A stretch of DNA of 63,373 nucleotides, counting the filler, from an uncultured Clostridia bacterium (GTDB lineage: Bacteria > CAYTYR01 > UBA6262): assembly GCA_964441745.1 (NCBI GenBank). It is 3 parts of 3 records of this genome, joined end to end, with 100 filler letters (N's around TTAATTAATTAA, not from the genome) between each part and the next. Parts side by side here need not be neighbours in the genome. Positions count along the whole stretch, not along the records: positions 1 to 27,421 come from CAYTYR010000021.1; positions 27,522 to 54,436 come from CAYTYR010000022.1; 1 more part is not named here. One strand, 5' to 3'. The translations under genes were made by a program, and so were the position numbers. The notes beneath the pieces are model-generated. The model searched no databases. It was not told the DNA's origin and worked only from the letters and a program-made list of their open reading frames with translations. Below, piece after piece: positions 20,672-30,096 of the stretch; the stretch's first letter is position 1; each line of letters starts with the position of its first letter.

Positions 20672-21665
20672 AATCAGTATCCTGATCCCGACCTATAACC
20701 GCTCAGTCATGCTAAAAGACTGCATAGAATCAGTGCTGAAACAGGACTATCCAGACCTGGAAGTGGTAGTATCTGACAACGCCTCGGTTGATGATACCCC
20801 AGAGATGATGAAACAATATGCCGGGGACAAGAGGGTGAGGTATTACCGCAACGAAAAGAATCTAGGCGTCATCCCTAACTGGAAGAAACTGCTTTATGAC
20901 TATGCCACCGGGGAATACGGGAAACTGCTGTGCGATGACGATTACCTGGAAGACAGGGAGCATTTAAAAAAGGGTGTTGAGCTAATGCTAAGGGAAAAGC
21001 TGGATATCGTAATTTCCGGCAGCACTTTGCAGAAGGATGAAGGGCAGGGGGTCACAAAAGAGCTGGTCTACGATCCGGAAATCCCTGCAATCACTGACAC
21101 TATTTGGTGGTTGGAGCACGGCGGTAAGAAATTTGGCCAGCATCACCTGTTCCTGAATTTCTCCAGCGGCGCTATTTTTAACATTAAGAAAGCCAAAGAA
21201 TTGCAAGTTTTTATTCCTGATACCTACGGTCCGGATTACGAAGCGTTGTTCCGCTTTATTATCTCGGGCCGGGTAGGATATCTTAAAGGGCGCCATTTCA
21301 CCGGCAGATACCATGCGGCTAATGAAGGAACCCGCGAGGATTTCCAGGAAGCCATGAAGGGAATACAGATATTTACACGAATCTATGAGCATGGAGTAGC
21401 TCTCGGCTTGCCAAAAGATAAATTATTGGCATTCAAGAGAAGGAACCTGGTGGTTTTCGTCAATACTTTCCTGGTGCCAAAGTGGTTCAGGGAAAAAGGA
21501 GTCAGCTTCAAGTCCATTAACGGATTTAAACAGGTCCTTAAAGGCATTGACCAGACCATATTTAACAAAGTGATCACCAGTTACCCGACTCTTTGCTGGC
21601 TTCTGCGCCTTAAGAATGAGAAATTATATAACATTTTGCGGGCAATAATCGGAAAATACTTATAG
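20658..21665 (+). CDS. GT2 family glycosyltransferase
   Basis: IPTYNR, VSDNASVD, CDDD. N-terminal half is paralogous to 19673-20671. Confidence 0.88.
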   Translation: MDYPKISILIPTYNRSVMLKDCIESVLKQDYPDLEVVVSDNASVDDTPEMMKQYAGDKRVRYYRNEKNLGVIPNWKKLLYDYATGEYGKLLCDDDYLEDREHLKKGVELMLREKLDIVISGSTLQKDEGQGVTKELVYDPEIPAITDTIWWLEHGGKKFGQHHLFLNFSSGAIFNIKKAKELQVFIPDTYGPDYEALFRFIISGRVGYLKGRHFTGRYHAANEGTREDFQEAMKGIQIFTRIYEHGVALGLPKDKLLAFKRRNLVVFVNTFLVPKWFREKGVSFKSINGFKQVLKGIDQTIFNKVITSYPTLCWLLRLKNEKLYNILRAIIGKYL

Positions 21666-21695
21666 TCCTTTTTATTTCCCCGAAGTATAAAATGC

Positions 21696-21723
21696 TTGAC
21701 TATTTATTATACTATGGTATAAT
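21696..21723 (+). promoter_or_regulatory. Sigma70-type promoter of the ATPase gene
   Basis: TTGACT-16 bp-TATAAT, with an extended -10 TG. Confidence 0.65.
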
Positions 21724-21752
21724 ATGTAGTAGCCTAATATGCAGGGGGCAGT

Positions 21753-22931
21753 ATGCTAAATAGATATCTTGATAAATTTGTAAAGGTCGACTTAAAAGAA
21801 AAAATGGTTTTTATTTCAGGCCCGAGACAGGTAGGGAAAACTACTTTGTCGCAGCAAATAGGGATAAAGTACTATTCGTCCAGGTATTCTTATTTAAACT
21901 GGGATAACAGGCAAGACCGGCAAGCTATTTTAAAAGGCGCTCTGCCTGCAGAAAAAGAATTGTATATTTTTGATGAGATACATAAATATAAAAACTGGAA
22001 AAATTACTTGAAAGGTGAATATGATAAAAATAAAGATAGATTTAGATATCTTATTACAGGGAGCGCCCGGTTAGATATATTCAAAAAAGGTGGAGATTCA
22101 TTATTAGGAAGATATTATTCTTTTCGACTTCATCCTTTTTCATTGTCGGAAGTAATGGGAAAAGAGAAAAAGATAGAATTATTCAAAGAACTTGAGTTCT
22201 TTCCTGATAATAAGGAGAGTATGGAGATTTTTGAGAATCTATATCTTTTTGGAGGATTCCCGGAAGTATTTATCAAGCAGAGTGAAAAAGAACTGCGGCG
22301 CTGGCATAATGGCAGAGTTGATCGGCTGATACGAGAAGATATTCGAGATGTTGAAAACCTGCGAGACCTATCTGCTTTGGAAGTATTAGTAGAGCTATTA
22401 CCTGATAAAGTAGGTTCTTTGTTTTCTTTAAACTCTTTACGAGAAGATTTGAATGTAACCCATAAAACTCTGTCTCATTGGATAGATATTTTGGAGCGTT
22501 TTTATTATCATTACAGAATTTATCCTTTTCAGAGCACTCTAATCAAGTCAATTCGGAAGGAACCTAAGCTCTATTTATGGGATTGGTCAGAAGTTGCTGA
22601 TGAAAATAGCCGACTGGAAAATATTATTGCTTCACACTTGCTTAAATATTGCAATTACCTTCATGATGTTGAGGGGTATAAAGCAAAACTGCATTATCTT
22701 AGGGATAAGGAGCAAAGAGAGGTTGATTTTCTGGTAGCCATAGATAATAAACCATGGTTTTCCGTAGAAGTGAAGAAATCCTATAAAGAGATACCCACAA
22801 CCTTGAAATACTTCAGAGAAAAATTGAAAATTCCCTTTAATTATGTTGTGGTTCAGGAAAAGGGAACGGATTTTCTTAAAGATAATATTAGAATAATTAG
22901 CGCTAATAAGTTTTTAACTGGACTAGTATAG
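21753..22931 (+). CDS. AAA+ ATPase (AAA_14 plus DUF4143-type C-terminal domain)
   Basis: Walker A GPRQVGKT, Walker B YIFDEIH, TGS, GGFPE, PKLYLWD, C-terminal EVDF...VEVK. Confidence 0.85.
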   Translation: MLNRYLDKFVKVDLKEKMVFISGPRQVGKTTLSQQIGIKYYSSRYSYLNWDNRQDRQAILKGALPAEKELYIFDEIHKYKNWKNYLKGEYDKNKDRFRYLITGSARLDIFKKGGDSLLGRYYSFRLHPFSLSEVMGKEKKIELFKELEFFPDNKESMEIFENLYLFGGFPEVFIKQSEKELRRWHNGRVDRLIREDIRDVENLRDLSALEVLVELLPDKVGSLFSLNSLREDLNVTHKTLSHWIDILERFYYHYRIYPFQSTLIKSIRKEPKLYLWDWSEVADENSRLENIIASHLLKYCNYLHDVEGYKAKLHYLRDKEQREVDFLVAIDNKPWFSVEVKKSYKEIPTTLKYFREKLKIPFNYVVVQEKGTDFLKDNIRIISANKFLTGLV

Positions 22932-22955
22932 CAATAATTTATTAAATTTAATTTT

Positions 22956-22994
22956 ATCAGTGTATTTATAATCTCTGTAATCAGTGTAATCTGT
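22956..22994 (+). repeat. Family A variant (9-bp tandem aatctctgt-aatcagtgt-aatctgt)
   Basis: Read directly in the intergenic sequence after the ATPase. Confidence 0.65.
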
Positions 22995-23008
22995 TTTTAG
23001 GAGTTTCT

Positions 23009-24229
23009 ATGAAATTAGCCATAGTCCATCCTGATTTTAAAATAAAAGGCGGAGCGGAAAACGTTATTTATTGGCTTTGCCAGGAATTATCCCCAAAACC
23101 TGGCTGGGAAGTGACTCTTTTCAGTGTTGACTTTGCCGAGTGGAAGGATAAATTCTCATATATTCCCGGATTACAGATCAAGACTATTAATATTCCTGCC
23201 TGGGCCAAAAACAGCCAGCTATGGAAGCTTTTTTTTGCGAGCAGAAGCTTATGTAAGCAGCTTGACGGTTTTGACTTGGTAAATCCACATAACTATCCAG
23301 CTTCTCTGTGGGTGGGGGTGGCTAATATCAAGAGCCGTAAAAAACTTCCCAGGATTATCTGGTCCTGCAATGAACCAGCCCGTTTTCTTTACAATGATAT
23401 CTGCAATACCCATACCCCGGAAAATCTGCAGGTAGAATTCTCAGATCTGAATAAAAAATTAGCAATTAAAATTTCCAGTAAAATAAAGTTTGCCTGGAAA
23501 GAGCTGTACAAACCTCTGTTGCGGAAAATGGATAAAAGAGCGGTCAGTACTTTCCATAGGGTGTTGTCTTTAAGCGATGCCATAACTGACCAAGTCAGGA
23601 AAATTTATCCGGGCAGTCATGTCAGCACCTGTTATTTAGGAGTGAAGGTCAATGACCTGCCTAACACTTCTTTTGTCGCCAATAGTAACCAGATCATCAC
23701 AGTCAGCCGCTTGGAACCCTGCAAGAACATCCAGAATGTAATATTGGCCATAGCCTTGCTCAAGGGGCATAATCGTTTAGACAGTTTGACTTATGCGGTT
23801 ATTGGACACGGGCCCTTGTCCGGCTATTTACATGACTTGATCTTTAAATATAAGCTGGAAAAAGAAGTCAAGTTATGCGGTTATGTCAGCCAACAAGAAC
23901 TGCTCAAATATTACCGGGAGTGCTCTGGTATTGTTTATCTTCCTTTTGATGAGCCATTTGGCCTTCCTTACCTGGAAGCCGCTCTGTTCAGCAAGCCAGC
24001 CATTGCTTCCAATCACGGGGGACCCAGTGAGCTGGTGGTGGATGGGGAAACTGGCTTCCTGGCGGATCCGGGAAATATCAGCCAGATAGCTGACAAAATT
24101 GCCCGGTTCCATGCTGATCCCAAGAAAACAGCCCAGATGGGGGAACAAGCCAAAAAACGGGTAACAGAGCTGTTCCTCTGGGAGAAATACATAGAAAGGT
24201 ATGTTGATGTTGTCAGCGTTAATGCATAA
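23009..24229 (+). CDS. GT4 family glycosyltransferase
   Basis: GGAE, VSRLEPCKN, EPFGLPYLEA, GGPSELVVDGETG. Confidence 0.9.
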   Translation: MKLAIVHPDFKIKGGAENVIYWLCQELSPKPGWEVTLFSVDFAEWKDKFSYIPGLQIKTINIPAWAKNSQLWKLFFASRSLCKQLDGFDLVNPHNYPASLWVGVANIKSRKKLPRIIWSCNEPARFLYNDICNTHTPENLQVEFSDLNKKLAIKISSKIKFAWKELYKPLLRKMDKRAVSTFHRVLSLSDAITDQVRKIYPGSHVSTCYLGVKVNDLPNTSFVANSNQIITVSRLEPCKNIQNVILAIALLKGHNRLDSLTYAVIGHGPLSGYLHDLIFKYKLEKEVKLCGYVSQQELLKYYRECSGIVYLPFDEPFGLPYLEAALFSKPAIASNHGGPSELVVDGETGFLADPGNISQIADKIARFHADPKKTAQMGEQAKKRVTELFLWEKYIERYVDVVSVNA

Positions 24230-27200
24230 GTATACCTGGGCTTTTTTTAAGCCGCTGCTCATAGAAACCTATCTTTACCTGCTGGTTGGGGCAGTAGTTT
24301 TTGCTGTTTTATTCTATGTAGCAAAGAAAGTACTTAAAGTAAAAATAAAATGGAGCATTTCTTTTATCGTACTCCTGCTGTTTACGCAATACTTCTGGTA
24401 TAAGCACAGTTCCACCTTGGATATTCTTGCCGGCAAGCTACCTATGTCCACCCAGATAGGGATGATCGACCAAGCTACGCATACCATAAAAGGAGATGGG
24501 AAGCATGGATTTTTGGCGTATGGTCCTTATCTGCCACTGGCCAAAGGGAACTATAAAGTCACTTATAAATTACAGTCAAATGATTTACCGCAAAGCTCTA
24601 ATCTGCGTAATCAGCCTTCTAATCTGTGTAATCAACTTGCCAATAGGCAAGTGGGTTTTTGTGATGTTAATGTCCTCGATCATCCGGAAAATAATACGCG
24701 GATCGACCTGGTACAGGATACCTTTAAAAAACAAAATCCTCAGGATATTTCACTTGTTTATGCTGTCCCGGAAGATAATACCAAGGTGGAATTCCGCGTC
24801 TTCCAATATGGTGGCAATGCTTTAGCCTTAAATAACCTAACAGTTGCTCCAGCCGGAGTCAGAGAGGTGTTGCTGAAAAATAAGGACCAGATCTTCAAAG
24901 GGACTATATATATTTTCGGAGCTTTGTTGTTTATCGCCATATACTGGAAATCTCTGACCAACGTCCAGGAAAACAGTACGAAGAAAGTCATCAAGATAAC
25001 TTCTGGCGTAGCTGTTATTTCCGGTCTTATTATGGCATTTATTTGGCATTGGAAAGGTTTTTCCAATTATGCTTTCCATTCTTATTACGATATGTGGCGG
25101 GTATTCTATGCCCCAGCCTGGCTGCCATTGATGTTCATATTTTTCAATTTTCTGTACTTAACAAATAATCATTTAGGATTTAATAAAGAAATAGAAAAAT
25201 ACCTGAAATATGACCGATATACACTGCTAGTCCTGCCGGCTTTTATTATTACCGAGTTAATGGTAAAGACTATTAATACCCATATGCTCTTGGGCAACTT
25301 CTATCTCGGCACCTTAGTGGTAAAAAGTATTATCTATTTTATCTTCCTCTGGCAGAATCTCAAGGAACAACAGGATATACAACCCGGCAAAGCCGTGAAA
25401 TGGACAATATTCTTAAGTGTTTTCACGGTGTATCTCCTGATAACCCCCTGGGTCAATGCCGCTTTTTACACTGATGGGGATGAGACTATTTATTTATTAC
25501 AAACACAGAGTATTATTAAAGATAATGATTTAGATATTACCTCAAATATTATAAATATAGATAATTCGTCTTATCATACAGATGTTAGCTGGACATCTTG
25601 GAAAGGGAAATATGTACATGCAGGATTGTCGCTAATATTAATGCCGGGTATGCTGTTAGGAGGTCGTTTCGGTACTACTTTGATAATGAATTTATTGGGA
25701 TCATTATTAGCTCTAAATATATTTATACTTTCTTTTAGAATAACCCAGTCATCTAAAAGTAGTTATTTTAGTATGTTAGCCTGTACATTTCTTTGCCCTT
25801 TGGGTATATATTCAATGCTTCTATATACAGAAATTGCAGGAGCTGTATTGGTAATATATTTAATGAAAAAGTTATTAATTAGCTCAGAAAGTAATTTTAA
25901 GGACCTATTCTGGATATTACTTTCTTCCCTAGTTTTAATTTTCATTAAAGAAAGATATGCCTCTATTGCTGTTCTGGCAATAGTGATAATAATTTATAAA
26001 AATCGCAGAAACTATAAACTTATATTACTAATTTTAGGGTTTATTTTGGCAGGACTAAGTATATTAATATTATATGATAGAATATTTAATAACCTAGCAC
26101 GCACCATCCGTTTAATTGGATTAATGATGTTGTTACCGGTACAGTTTACACAGTCTTTTTATGGACTAGCGGGACAGTTGCTGGATCAAGAAAGCGGTCT
26201 ATTGATTTATGCCCCTGTGTATTTAGTTAGCTTTTTAGGTTTGATTAGTTTACTTAGATATAATAAAAGAGTTTTTATGGTATTAGTTTCAATGTTTGTA
26301 CCTTATTATGTCATAGTATCTTCTTTTGGCCTTTGGTCTAGTTTAGGAGGATCTCCAGCTCCACGATATATTGTAGCCATAATCCCGATATTGAGCATAG
26401 CTACAGGTGTATATTTAACCTATAATAAGAAACTATGGGTTAAGCTAGTTTTACTTGTCGCCTGGTTGTGGTCATTGGGGATGTACTATATATTGCTATT
26501 AATTCCGCAAATACGAGTCCATAGCCCAAACAATATTACTGGCCGCAATGAGATACTTGATCTCCTATATGCGCTTAATATTTTGCCGAACCTAACAGTA
26601 TTGTTCCCCTCATTTCAAAAGCCAACAGATACTACCTATTTTCTCACTATATTATTTGTCATAATATTTGTTATTTTAGCGATATCCTATGTCAAACAGG
26701 AAAAACAACCGCTGGAAATATTTAATTCGAAAAAAGCCATTAAATTGGTTATAGCTGCAATAATAGTAGTAGGATTTGTTTTAGTTTTAGCTAAAAGTAC
26801 ATACTATAATTGGCAAAAGTTTGATACGGTCAATTGCTATTCCGGTGGTGGAATCCAATTGTCTAATGGAACAATGCTTAATGGGGGTGGTTTTTTTGTA
26901 TTAACCAAAGTGGCTTTAAAAAAAGAAGAAAAAACTATTATTAGGGTGAAAGCTAAGGCTGTTTTCAATGATGGCTGGCCGATTTTGAATGTTGCCACCG
27001 GAACTGATAATTTGCACGAAATAATAGGTAAGGTGGAAATTAACAGTAACGATTGGCAGGAATATCAAGTTGAATATATTCCTAAACAAGGTGGCCTTTT
27101 GCCCTTTTGGTTTGAACATGCAAATTTCATTGATCGCAGAGATATATCGCTGGCGCAAATTACCTTCATGGGTAAAAGAAAGAGCCCCTTATTGGGATAT

Positions 27201-27347
27201 CTGAATTATCAAATTGGGAAATTCGATGAAACGATACATTTGACCGAATTTGCCACTCAGAGATATGAGATTGCTGCTGCATTAGGGTATCCCAGTAGTC
27301 TCGATAAGTTAGTTAACTCTAAAATCGGGATTAAAAAACCAGAATAG
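24222..27347 (+). CDS. Large membrane protein: YGPY domain, GT-C-like domain and a C-terminal soluble beta domain
   Basis: GFLAYGPY domain; DGDETIYL...SII.D.DLD acidic first-loop motif; GLLIYAP and PRY motifs. Start is ATG 24222 (overlapping the upstream stop) or 24201. Confidence 0.65.
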   Translation: MHKYTWAFFKPLLIETYLYLLVGAVVFAVLFYVAKKVLKVKIKWSISFIVLLLFTQYFWYKHSSTLDILAGKLPMSTQIGMIDQATHTIKGDGKHGFLAYGPYLPLAKGNYKVTYKLQSNDLPQSSNLRNQPSNLCNQLANRQVGFCDVNVLDHPENNTRIDLVQDTFKKQNPQDISLVYAVPEDNTKVEFRVFQYGGNALALNNLTVAPAGVREVLLKNKDQIFKGTIYIFGALLFIAIYWKSLTNVQENSTKKVIKITSGVAVISGLIMAFIWHWKGFSNYAFHSYYDMWRVFYAPAWLPLMFIFFNFLYLTNNHLGFNKEIEKYLKYDRYTLLVLPAFIITELMVKTINTHMLLGNFYLGTLVVKSIIYFIFLWQNLKEQQDIQPGKAVKWTIFLSVFTVYLLITPWVNAAFYTDGDETIYLLQTQSIIKDNDLDITSNIINIDNSSYHTDVSWTSWKGKYVHAGLSLILMPGMLLGGRFGTTLIMNLLGSLLALNIFILSFRITQSSKSSYFSMLACTFLCPLGIYSMLLYTEIAGAVLVIYLMKKLLISSESNFKDLFWILLSSLVLIFIKERYASIAVLAIVIIIYKNRRNYKLILLILGFILAGLSILILYDRIFNNLARTIRLIGLMMLLPVQFTQSFYGLAGQLLDQESGLLIYAPVYLVSFLGLISLLRYNKRVFMVLVSMFVPYYVIVSSFGLWSSLGGSPAPRYIVAIIPILSIATGVYLTYNKKLWVKLVLLVAWLWSLGMYYILLLIPQIRVHSPNNITGRNEILDLLYALNILPNLTVLFPSFQKPTDTTYFLTILFVIIFVILAISYVKQEKQPLEIFNSKKAIKLVIAAIIVVGFVLVLAKSTYYNWQKFDTVNCYSGGGIQLSNGTMLNGGGFFVLTKVALKKEEKTIIRVKAKAVFNDGWPILNVATGTDNLHEIIGKVEINSNDWQEYQVEYIPKQGGLLPFWFEHANFIDRRDISLAQITFMGKRKSPLLGYLNYQIGKFDETIHLTEFATQRYEIAAALGYPSSLDKLVNSKIGIKKPE
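24600..24633 (+). repeat. Family A doublet inside a CDS
   Basis: aatctgcgtaatc (24600-24612) and aatctgtgtaatc (24621-24633), encoding NLRNQPSNLCNQ. Confidence 0.85.
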
Positions 27348-27421
27348 ACGAGAAAGAAGAAAAGAGACTTCATCAAAATGATGAAAGAGGAAGAAGATCT
27401 GGATAGGGCAAGAAGGGCAGA

Positions 27422-27521
27422 NNNNNNNNNNNNNNNNNNNNNNNNNNNNNNNNNNNNNNNNNNNNTTAATTAATTAANNNNNNNNNNNNNNNNNNNNNNN
27501 NNNNNNNNNNNNNNNNNNNNN
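27422..27521. other. Artificial contig linker
   Basis: N44-TTAATTAATTAA-N44 (stops in all six frames). Confidence 0.97.
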
Positions 27522-27674
27522 GCTGCTCTCGAGTCTAAAGCAGACCTGCAGCACTCGGGCCGATATCAGGAGCCAATTGTTACGGAAATAGCAGCAGCTG
27601 CTGAATTCTGGCCAGCTGAAGATTACCACCAGGAATATTTGCGGAAAAAAGGCGGCGCCAGTTGCCATTATTAA
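27522..27674 (+). CDS. msrA: Peptide-methionine sulfoxide reductase A, C-terminal fragment (cut by the contig edge; absent from the ORF track)
   Basis: Manual translation gives AALESKADLQHSGRYQEPIVTEIAAAAEFWPAEDYHQEYLRKKGGASCHY*, containing the IVTEI and FWPAEDYHQ.Y signatures. Confidence 0.88.
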   Translation, partial: AALESKADLQHSGRYQEPIVTEIAAAAEFWPAEDYHQEYLRKKGGASCHY

Positions 27675-28723
27675 AAGAATATGCTTTGCCGGAACTTAAG
27701 GAAGATTTTAAGCGGTTAGGATTACCGGGCTTTCGCGCTACCCAGGTCTTTCACTGGCTTTATAAAAAAGGGGCTCGGGACTTTGCGGAAATGGATAACC
27801 TGCCTAAAGAAGTCATACTGGCTTTGGCTGAAAATTACGAGCTTAATGCTTTTGCCAGTGTTAAAGAATATATTTCCCAGGATAGTTCACGCAAATACCT
27901 GCTCAAATTGCATGACAGTAATCAGGTAGAAGCTGTTTTTATCCCGGCTGGTGAGCGCCGTACTCTGTGTGTTTCCACCCAGGTGGGGTGTAAATTCTCC
28001 TGCGGCATGTGTGCGAGCGGCCTGAAAAGTTTTGTCCGGCATCTGACAGCGGCAGAGATCGTAGACCAACTCCTGTATGTGCAGCGGCAGGCAAAAACAA
28101 AAATAACCAATATTGTCTTTATGGGCATGGGTGAGCCTCTGGAGAATTATGACCAGGTAATTAAAGCGATCCAGATTATCAATAGCGATGAAGGGCCGGG
28201 AATAGCAGCGCGCCGGATCACTATCTCTACAGCCGGTTACCTGCCCGGGGTCACCAAGCTGGCCACCTTTAACTATCAGGTAAACTTGTCTCTTTCCCTG
28301 CATGCCACAACCAATGAACAACGCACCAAACTAATGCCGATCAATAAAAAATATCCGTTAAAAGAAGTGTTGAAAGCCTGTGCGGATTATTTTCATCAAA
28401 CTGGCCGCATTGTTACTTTAGAATATATTCTTTTAAAGAATTTCAATGATACTTTGCCTGATGCCCAGCGGTTGGCGACTATCGCTCACGAATTAAAAGG
28501 GAAAGTGAATTTATTGCCGTTTAATCCGTTCCCAAAGCTGAAATATCAGCCAGTCAGTCAATCCTCCATGGAACAATTTGAGGCCTGGTTGAAAAGCCGT
28601 AAAATTCCGGTGACGATCAGGGAGTCCCGGGGAGCTGATATTTTTGCGGCCTGCGGGCAGTTAGCGGCAAATACAGACTGCGGATGGCAGATGGCGGATG
28701 GCAGTAAAAACAATGAAATATAA
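27662..28723 (+). CDS. rlmN: 23S rRNA m2A2503 / tRNA methyltransferase (radical SAM)
   Basis: CVSTQVGCKFSCGMC, FMGMGEPL, SLHA, EYIL, DIFAACGQL. Confidence 0.95.
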   Translation: MPLLKEYALPELKEDFKRLGLPGFRATQVFHWLYKKGARDFAEMDNLPKEVILALAENYELNAFASVKEYISQDSSRKYLLKLHDSNQVEAVFIPAGERRTLCVSTQVGCKFSCGMCASGLKSFVRHLTAAEIVDQLLYVQRQAKTKITNIVFMGMGEPLENYDQVIKAIQIINSDEGPGIAARRITISTAGYLPGVTKLATFNYQVNLSLSLHATTNEQRTKLMPINKKYPLKEVLKACADYFHQTGRIVTLEYILLKNFNDTLPDAQRLATIAHELKGKVNLLPFNPFPKLKYQPVSQSSMEQFEAWLKSRKIPVTIRESRGADIFAACGQLAANTDCGWQMADGSKNNEI

Positions 28724-29360
28724 AATAGTGGTATTTGATATGGATGGGACGCTGACGCAACATGTGAGTTCCTGGCAGCTCATCCATGAAAAGCTGGGGA
28801 TGTGGAATGCCGATGCTTGCCGTTACCAGGAGCAGTTTCTTAAAGGCAGGATCAGTTATCGTCGTTTTTGTGAGTTGGATGCCCAGCGCTGGGCAAACCT
28901 GCCGGTGGACCATATTGTCAGGCACTTAGAGGCTATCCCGTATAGTAAGAATGCCAAAAGAGTACTTAATAAACTAAAAGCGCTGGGATTCAAACTGGCT
29001 ATTATTTCCACCGGGCTGGACCTGCTGGCGTTAAGGGTAAAAAAAGACTTGCAAGTGGACTATTGCGTCTGTAATAAGCTCTATGTCAGACAGGGGCGAA
29101 TAACCGGCCGGGTAAAAATAGAGGTGGCTCATGGGGAAAAGGGCAGGGTATTTAAAAGGTTACTAAAAAAAGCCAGGCTGACTCCAGAGCAGGCCATCTT
29201 TGTCGGCGATTCCGCCACTGATGTGCCAGCGGCCAGGGTGGCTGGCTATGCGATCTCCTTTAACGCTTCCCATAGTGGACTGTCAGCTATAGCTGATTAT
29301 AACTGCCTTAGCCAGGATTTCCAGGAGGTTTATACCGCTATTAAAAAGACCATGATTTAG
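28713..29360 (+). CDS. HAD-IB phosphatase (phosphoserine-phosphatase-like)
   Basis: FDMDGTL, ISTG, conserved Lys, VGDSATD. Confidence 0.82.
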   Translation: MKYKIVVFDMDGTLTQHVSSWQLIHEKLGMWNADACRYQEQFLKGRISYRRFCELDAQRWANLPVDHIVRHLEAIPYSKNAKRVLNKLKALGFKLAIISTGLDLLALRVKKDLQVDYCVCNKLYVRQGRITGRVKIEVAHGEKGRVFKRLLKKARLTPEQAIFVGDSATDVPAARVAGYAISFNASHSGLSAIADYNCLSQDFQEVYTAIKKTMI

Positions 29361-29473
29361 GCTGTTTTTGCAGTTTAACCGTCAGGGAAGCAATTTAAGA
29401 GTGGACTTTCAGCTCTTTTTTGATTAGAATAACCATGCCTATAATGTAATTTTAGGGGGGGGGGGTGACAATT

Positions 29474-29974
29474 ATGAAAAAACTCATTAGCTTAGTGTTA
29501 GTTATTTGTTTATTTTCTTTTGTCCTGTCCGGGTGTTATGGTTCCTTCCAGCTCACCAGAAAACTGTGGAAATGGAATGGGGAAGTAGGAGATAAATGGG
29601 TCAATGAAGTAGTATTCCTGGTGATGAATATTGTCCCGGTATACGGGGTTTGTTCCTTTGTTGATGCTATTGTGATCAATTCCATAGAGTTCTGGACCGG
29701 CAAAAATCCAGTCACTGCCGCTACTGGCAAGACTATTAAGGTAGTCTCAGTAGAAGATAAGCAGGCAGTCATGGCTTTTTACGGCCAAAACAGAATGAAA
29801 ATGGACTTGTTTGACAAAACCCAGCCATTAAAGACAGTGCTTTTCGAAAAAAGCGCTGATGGCAGCGCTATCTGCAAAGATGATAGCGGCCAAATATTAA
29901 TGACGGCCAAGACTATGACCAATGGTCAAGTAGTGGTGATGGACAGCAGCAATAAGGAAATAGCCAGATATTAA
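29474..29974 (+). CDS. DUF3332-like lipoprotein
   Basis: Lipobox LSGC followed by YGSF.LT.KL..WN..V.DKWVNE.VF...PVYG...D....NSIEFWTG.NP. Confidence 0.75.
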   Translation: MKKLISLVLVICLFSFVLSGCYGSFQLTRKLWKWNGEVGDKWVNEVVFLVMNIVPVYGVCSFVDAIVINSIEFWTGKNPVTAATGKTIKVVSVEDKQAVMAFYGQNRMKMDLFDKTQPLKTVLFEKSADGSAICKDDSGQILMTAKTMTNGQVVVMDSSNKEIARY

Positions 29975-29994
29975 CCAGTGATTAAGTTGTGAAT

Positions 29995-30030
29995 CAGGGG
30001 GGGCTGCCTATGGCAGCCCCCCTGCTATTT
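29995..30030 (+). terminator. GC-rich hairpin, probable intrinsic terminator
   Basis: ggggggctgcc-tat-ggcagcccccc after the stop codon; the U-tract is weak. Confidence 0.6.
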
Positions 30031-30057
30031 AAAGAAGTTTTAGAGCATTAAATACCA

Positions 30058-30086
30058 TTGCCAGTAAACTATAAAAGCGGTATAAT
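30058..30086 (+). promoter_or_regulatory. Sigma70-type promoter
   Basis: TTGCCA-17 bp-TATAAT. Confidence 0.65.
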
Positions 30087-30096
30087 ATAAGCAGCA

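Noticed and set aside
27422-27521. TTAATTAATTAA palindrome within N runs (also 54437-54536), and ORF 27474-27668 running into it
   Set aside because: Artificial six-frame-stop contig linker; no biological meaning and no synteny across it.
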